From the human T2T-CHM13v2.0 reference genome, Homo sapiens: a stretch of 64,000 nucleotides of DNA. Where the stretch lies: the NCBI RefSeq assembly GCF_009914755.1, contig NC_060930.1; one strand, given 5' to 3'. The position numbers and the translations under genes were made by a program. The notes beneath the pieces are model-generated. The model was given only the letters and a program-made list of their open reading frames with translations, was not told where the DNA came from and searched no databases. Positions 52,526 to 64,000 of this stretch are shown in pieces; positions within the stretch are counted from its first letter, which is position 1; every line of letters begins with the position of its first letter.

Positions 52526-53699
52526 AATGAATCATGAACTAATATCCCGGAATATTTATGAAAAGTAAATTAATCATAATTTTTACTATGTTCACATTTT
52601 TATAACCAAAATGTATAAAAGATTCTACATATTCTCTTTAAATTTAATTTAAATACTATTCTTATCTACAAGAGCTCTCTTCTTTATGATTTCCCTGCCA
52701 GTCAACCTGCGAACTTGGAAACTATCAGGAACATTAAAAAATGATCTAAGGACCCTGATGCCACAAGCAAGAGTCTCATACTTCATTTCATCAGTCAGCT
52801 GGTAAATTGCATTAGCAGAGCCAATAGTGGATAGATGACTGCTGTGCTGTTGTTGTTGTTTTTAAGATAAAAGATACTTAACAGTGTTTAAATGTCAATG
52901 TTTAGAATTTCTTTTAATAGGTCATAAGTTAAGGAAAGTAAATGGGACCAAAGACCACAGAACAGGTAGAAGGACCAGCTCTGTTTTAATGGGAGGAAGA
53001 ATATGCACAATGTGATAATACAGCAAAGGAAGTTGGCTAATCATATCTGGATGTTCTGTGTTCTGTGCAAAAGGATATGAGGTTCCTGAGGAGTTTGACT
53101 CCTGGTTAAAAACCTATGTGTGATTTTTCAGGCCTGACCATAGGCAATTACAAAGGCTTTACCTGTATGGTACCTGGTGTATCCTCCCTACACCAGACTT
53201 GGTGCACAGCCAGTGCACTGTAGTCTCTGAAGGAAGTTAGAGTCAAGGACTCAGGCCTCCCTGGCTAGTCATGTTCTTGGTGTATTTATATTCCTAGTCC
53301 TAGAGCTTTCATTCCTAAATCTCTGTTTGAGGCCTTGGACAGAGGTCTTGGAAATATTTTTCTCTACTCTCAGAACCCAGATTTTTCCCTCTCTTAGCCC
53401 TTTCCCTTTCCCATCCCTCTGGCCCTCATAAAGCTGCCATAAAACTGGAGCCCTCAACAGTGAGATGACTCCCACATCTGTGCTAATCCACTTGATCCTG
53501 AACAGGAGCACCATTCCATGGAGGAAATGGAACAAGGGGAATTTGTGCCTTCTCGTGTTTTAGCCTCTGGCCTGTACCATCATAGAAATCAAAGGCTTAA
53601 CTTTCATTTTTGGCTTGTTTGAATCAGGTATTCTGACACCTGACACTCAGCTCTCTCTCCCAGCTTAGCTGAGCTCCATACAATCCCTTCTAAAACAGT

Positions 53700-53870
53700 A
53701 TTCAGAGCCTTGTTTCTTCATTCCTAGCTATGTGATCTTGAGTACATTGTTTATCTAAACGTCAATTTTATTGCCTATAAAATAAGGATAAATATAGAGA
53801 TAACAGCTAATGTTTACAGAGTTATAAGAATTACCTAAAATGAGGCATATAAATACTTAGTACTGAATAA
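53700..53870 (+). mobile_element. MIR
   Basis: 'ctagctatgtgatcttgagta...ctataaaataaggataa'. Confidence 0.65.
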
Positions 53871-54516
53871 TTTTGAAAACCAAGATGAGTTGTTTATACA
53901 TTGCTAAACAAAGTTTTAGTTAATTTTGTTTCTTTTTTGAGTAGGTAATATATACATGTGGTTAAAAAATGCAAAGGAAAAAATATATATATTATAAAAG
54001 TAATTTTCATTGTTTCCTGGTATTTATTTCCTACTAATAATGCATATTTGGCATAATATTATAATTTTAGGTGTTATGCCTAGGTAAGTAGAACCACTAA
54101 TTTCCCCAAAATCTAGATAAAATTTTTAATCATATAAATTTAATATACTATGATTAATGTGTCCTATTTTAGCTCTTAGTTCTTTTCTGCATCAATCCTA
54201 TGTTGCTAGATTTATTATGACTTTATAGTCTAAATATACTTTTTATATATTATACCATGCAGTAAGTTATATTAAGCTCCTTCTGAAAAAAATACCAGCC
54301 TTTTCTTTGAAATATGTTAAACTCTTTCCTTTACCTAGAGTAGCTCTTATATTCTTAGTTAGGAAAAGCTTTTCTATTTAAGCAGAAAGAATAGTGAAGT
54401 TCATCAACCAATATGTTTAAAGAGATTAATTTTAGTTCTCAAGGTGACATAGATCCTTCCTAGCCATATTATCAGCAATGGCTATTTGATATATGTGAAT
54501 GCTTCTTGATTTCTAA

Positions 54517-54864
<348 letters not shown>

Positions 54865-55419
54865 TGAATCATTAAGTAAAATTGCTAGGACAAATGGTGC
54901 ATACATCTAACATTTCTGCCTCTATCTTGAGAGATCAACAAGGAGATCATATACTTGGAGTAAGTCTGTCTCGACTCTGGCCTTCTTGCTGGAGCTTTGT
55001 GGAAGTTCTAGAGTCTGCATGCTCTTGGCAAGATACAACTTCTGTTTCTCAACACTCATACTTACTTTTTTCCCTGTTAGTGTCAACCTCCACAAGAAAC
55101 TCAAGCTGCCTTCTTCAGACCTCATCTCTCACCCTGTTCTTCACATACCCTTCTCAATCTACCATTTCTTCCCAATTCCTAAAGTCTTTCTATTGGATCA
55201 TCTGGAATTCACAGGTAATCATTAGCAAAACTCCCTAAAATTTTATTTTAATGCTTCAACTTAATTGAAACTTTAACTGCATCACCAATGTTTCTTTCCT
55301 CTTCTTGGTCTAATGGAAATATGACATTTCCCTGAGGAAACTGCTTCCTCTAAAGACCATTCAAGTAGTTCTTCCATAGCCTCCCAAACACTAGGAATGA
55401 CAACAGATTAGAGACTATT

Positions 55420-55744
55420 TTGATAATTACATCAAATAATTATATCGAATATAATTATATCAAACGTAATTATCTATGGTGATGTAAAATAATGCCCCTG
55501 TTTTTAGAAAATATATAGTGAAGTATTCTGGAGAAAAGGGATGCCATGGTCCAATTTACTCTCAGATGTTTCAAAAGTTATATATATATGGAGAGAGAAA
55601 TAATATAATATATATATGGAGAGAGAAAAAGAATGACATAAAGAAACAAGACAAATGTAAGCAACTTAAGAATCTGGGTAACCAGTGTATAGGTAGTATA
55701 TAGGTGGTTCTTTCACAAAACTTTTTGTAAAAATTTGAAATTTT
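55420..55744 (+). mobile_element. L1MC4/5-like 3' end
   Basis: 'aatttactctcagatgtttcaaaa', 'gaatctgggtaa', 'tttgaaattttt'. Confidence 0.6.
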
Positions 55745-56184
55745 TTGTTGTTGTTGTTGATGCTATATCTTTTTTTTTTTATTATACTTTAAGTTTTAGG
55801 GTACATGTGCACAATGTGCAGCTTTGTTACATATGTATACATGTGCCATGTTGGTGTGCTGCACCCATTAACTCCTCATTTAACATTAGGTATATCTCCT
55901 AATGCTATCCCTCCCCCTCCCTACTCCCCACAACAGGCCCCAGTGTGTGATGTTCCCCTTCCTGTATCCACGTGTTCGCATTGTTCAATTCCCACCTTTG
56001 AGTGAGAACACGCGGTGTTTGGTTTTTTGTCCTTGCGATAGCTTGCTGAGAATGATGGTTTCCAGCTTCATCCATGTCCCTACAAAGGACATGAACTCAT
56101 CATGTTTTATGGCTGCATAGTATTCCATGATGTATATGTGCCACATTTTCTTAATCCAGTCTATCATTGTTGGACATTTGGGTT
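55745..56184 (-). mobile_element. Young 5'-truncated L1PA (about PA3-5)
   Basis: 'attatactttaagttttagggtacatgtgcacaatgtgcag'; TSD tttgaaatttt (55734-55744, 56183-56193). Confidence 0.93.
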
Positions 56185-56711
56185 TGAAATTTTACCCAAA
56201 GAAAATGTTTCAGTCAATTCATCAATCAAAGCTGACCCCAAAGTTTTGAGCCTGAATGAGCTAAAGGCCAAAAGAAAATAAGAAAAGGTCAGAGGGGAAC
56301 ATAGGATTGAATCGGGAATGTGAATTCTGAGTTGTGACACATACAGTGGAATATTTTTCCCAAGCAGCAGATGGTACTGTATATCCAGAAAAAGCGCAGT
56401 GGCAGAGCCAGAGCCCCATTATTGCAAGGTAGCTAATAAATACATTCAAAACTCTCCAAAAATATTAAAAGTGATTATGTACAGGTTATTTCAAAAGGCC
56501 AGCAAACTAATCAGAAATCTCACTGAATGAGAAAACTCAGTGAAATATATCATTCACTGTTCAGAAAACTGCAGAAAAGGATGTTAAACTCTGATTAAAT
56601 TTAACCTGATCACTGTCCTCTGTTTATCTACATTGTGTTGACTTCCAGAGCTTGACGGCTAGACTGATGTTAATTGTTACTTTATGTGCATAGAATAAAA
56701 GGGACATTTGA

Positions 56712-57013
56712 TGGCCAGGAACTGTGGCTCACGCCTGTAATCCTAGCAATTTGGGAGGCCAAGGCAGGCGGAATACTTGAGGCCAGGAGTTGGAGATCAG
56801 CCTGGCCAACATGGTGAAAACCCGTCTGTATTAAAAACACAAAAATTAGCCAGGCTTGGTGGTGTGTGCCTGTAATCCAGCTACTCCCAGGATGCTGAGG
56901 CATGAGAGTCACTTGAACCCAGGAGGTGGAGGTTGCAGTGAGCCAAGATCGCATCACTGCACACCAGCCTGAGTGACAGAGTGAGACTGTCAAAAAAAAA
57001 AATGAAAAAAAAG
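56712..57013 (+). mobile_element. Alu (AluJ/S)
   Basis: Alu dimer with poly-A; ggacattt flanks. Confidence 0.93.
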
Positions 57014-60000
57014 AGGACATTTCAGAGAGAATATGTGGCCTTTAAAGTATATTTTAGAAGGAACTCGAGACTGCAGACAGTTCCATGTTTTAATAGACAA
57101 GTTTAACTAACTCCTGTTCTTGAATGACTGAGGTCTGGTCTCTTTGGTAATGCTGAATGCCACCTGTTCTGTAATCATTTTAATCATCAAATTATCACAT
57201 GGCACTAGTTATGGATGCTACCAGTCTGTAATATGACAGACATTTTAAGGGCCATTTGTTTTTCTATTTGTATTGTACTGAGGAATTAAATTGGAGGAGA
57301 CATTGATGGTCCAAAGGGGACTAATTTAAGGTAGGGATGGGCTGTCTTGTCTGTAAAACAGTGTTTCCCTAACACCCAAGAACCACTGAGCCCCTCTACC
57401 AAATCAAGACAAATATGTTTGTTTTGTAGAATTGCAGGGATAAATGTAAATGTAAAATTTAATTGAAACTATTTTTTTCTTCTTCTAAAAATATGTCTTA
57501 TTATAAAACTGCAATGTTACACAAACAACTATTTTAAGAAGTGGTTGTTATAAGGATACTTCACACCGAAGGGAAGGTTTTCAAAAAGTTCAGTCTACGA
57601 TGCAAATTCTCTTCTTAAATCACACCACACAGCTGTGATCTAAGTGTATGTGCTCTTGGCTATAGTTATAATAAATTCCTTGAATAAAATTTCCTTCATA
57701 AGAATATCAGTCAAGAAGTAAGAAAACAGACCATGAATTCCACTACATTAGTTTTGTGCTTCCTGCTTTCACACACTGTAGTTTCATGCTTGTCTGAGAA
57801 CTTTCATAATCATATTTATTTGAAAAGAATTGGTTTTATTATGCATCTAAAATAAAACCAGAGCAGATAAAACAAGAACTTGTAAGAATGATACGCTATC
57901 CTTATCATTTAAGCACAAGATGAAATGTACCCCCATTTTAAAGCAAAAAATAGCTATTTTGCTTTTAAATGTACCTCCATTTTAAAGCAAAAAAAATAGT
58001 TTTTTTTACAGAAAACTATTTTACAATTATCTTTCCTTTGAAGTGGTAGTTTTACCAATAGTCTTGATCTCAAATCACAAGTCATTTATTTTACCAACGA
58101 TACTATTGTTAAGTATAACAATTTAAGTAATGCAGGAAAAAAATTAATCAACATTGCATTCCCACTGCTTCAGAGTCTATTTTACAGTGGTGTTTCTAGT
58201 TTTTATGGAGCTACCCAGGCTGCAACAAAATTAATTCTTTTAATCATCTCGTACAATATTTACTAAAGGAAAACTATTACATAAAACATATTTTCTGCCT
58301 TGAGAATATAAAACTATAGTAATTATATGGTGCATTTACTACACAAAAAGTGTGTATGGTTTAATTAAAAGGAGCAGATCTATTATTTGTTTCAATGGCA
58401 CTCTACATTTTTAATGCTACTGAATGATAAAATTTTATTTCCAGCTTGTTATGCTATATTCTGTATGGTATTTTTGAATAAGATACAACTGACAACAATT
58501 CAGAGTATAGTGACATTACATGACTGAAATTAAGCTCTGTCTAAATAAGCAAACAAGTATGGATTTTAAAAATATAAGAAAAGGAACCCCACTAGTGGTG
58601 AGAAAAGTTGAATGAACTGAAATAAAAAACTAGGTAGATGAGCAGCCCTCAGTGACCATCGATGCACAGCAGGTCCACCCTGTAGTGTGCCTCATGGAGG
58701 AAACACAGCAGGAATGAGTATCCATCTTTGGGTAGGGAGGGTAGAGGGGAACTCAAAGCCTGTCCAGCTTCCAGACTAAGTGCTAGAGCCATTAATGGGC
58801 TTTTTCTTTGTTTTATTTTTGTTTTGTTTTGTTTCATTTTTCATTTTTACCAATTTACTCCTGGACTTAATCAACAGAGAGTCACATGATAGAACTTTTC
58901 TAACTTTTAAAACAGAAGGTTTCAATTTCTCAAGCAGCCCCAGGGAGAGACAAAAAAAGCTGTCCCTATTAGGAAATGTGAATAATAAACTGGCTTTTCT
59001 TTTCTATTTGTGTATTTTTTTTTACACATATAAGCAACAGAAAAATTTGAGAAGGTACTTCGACACAAAAGACAAAAGTAGCTTGAAATTTAATGTATAC
59101 CTATTTTTATTTTTAATAAATTGCTAATCAATTGTTTGAATATTATGTAAAAAGGAACCAATATTAAGATCAGCGATGGTTTTTTACCCAAATTGAAAAG
59201 AACTTAATATGCGATAATTAAAACATAATACAGAGTCAGCATCTATCACTGAGTTATAGAAAAAGCAGGTTTTCTACACAACAGTCTTCATTTATTATCA
59301 TTAAGGCTTATTGAGGGTGTATTATGCATAAGACATTGGGCTAAAAAGAGATGCCTTGAAGACATAGTGCTTAAGGAGGCTAAAAATCTACTAGAAACCA
59401 ACTCTTGGACTATTTATAGAGGCAAGCACAGTGTCTATTAAGTACCCTGGCACACTGTGTGGGATTAGGGATAACAGGAACAGAGATAAACAGAAGAAAT
59501 TAAAATATTGCAGATCTAGAAACACAGGTGGCAGAGGGAAGGAAACAGAAAGGATGGAATTTGATGACTAATTGTGGAGAAAGAAAAAGATTCATGGAAG
59601 TAGTACAATAATGGTGTCAATAAAAAGAGCTATAGCTCTTTAATTGTGTATGAGAACATAAGCTCAAGTAGACAGAGATTTTGTCTATATTTTTGATTGC
59701 TGGGCCCTCAGTTTTTAGAACAATGACTGACATATTGTAGGTGTCCAATAAATTTGTTGGATGATTTAAAATGTGCCAAATGGCTTATGTACATCATGTT
59801 TAACCCTCATAACTCTTCTGTAAAGTTGTTAATTGTATTCCCAATATTTAATTAAACTAAGACAGTGTTAAAGACCATGCTAAAGTCACGCATATAGCTA
59901 TCGTTAAAATACAAGTTTTTCTATCTGTCATGGTGGTCTTTCTTCTGCCACATAAGGTAATTTACTGGGAATGATACATTGAATTAGAAGGCAGATCTCT

Positions 60001-60084
60001 AGGCCTTACTCTGTTGGGTGACCTTGAGTAAATTAGTTAGTTTTTCTGTGGAAACACTCCAGTTGTAGAGAGAGGACTGTATCT

Positions 60085-64000
<3,916 letters not shown>

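Noticed and set aside
53100-53680. Possible ancient LTR (similar segments at 11180-13098 and 44355-45830)
   Set aside because: LTR-like composition, but I could not assign family or boundaries reliably.
58649-59127. ORFs of 62 and 115 aa in unique DNA
   Set aside because: Low-complexity T-rich composition, no convincing splice sites and no recognisable domain.

Overview
AT-rich, repeat-dense primate (human-like) genomic DNA. Roughly two thirds is recognisable interspersed repeat: L1PA/PB/MA/MC/ME, Alu, THE1/MST/MLT1 MaLRs, ERV LTRs, Tigger1/Tigger3, MER5, MIR and L2. Subfamily names were assigned by eye from recalled consensus sequences and are approximate. There is no intact protein-coding gene, RNA gene or CRISPR array. 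Most entries in the ORF track are repeat-derived or chance. The main result is a decayed 12-exon gene on the minus strand (about 18304 to 3689). It has canonical GT-AG splice sites and largely compatible intron phases. It conceptually encodes about 540 aa: a signal-peptide-like N-terminus, then SEA-like, CUB-like, SEA-like and SEA-like domains. It is disabled by at least a dozen stops and several frameshifts. I do not recognise it as a named gene, and it looks like an unprocessed, possibly unitary, pseudogene. The window also holds several template-switch or templated-insertion scars, two twin-primed L1s, and a five-element nested TE stack.
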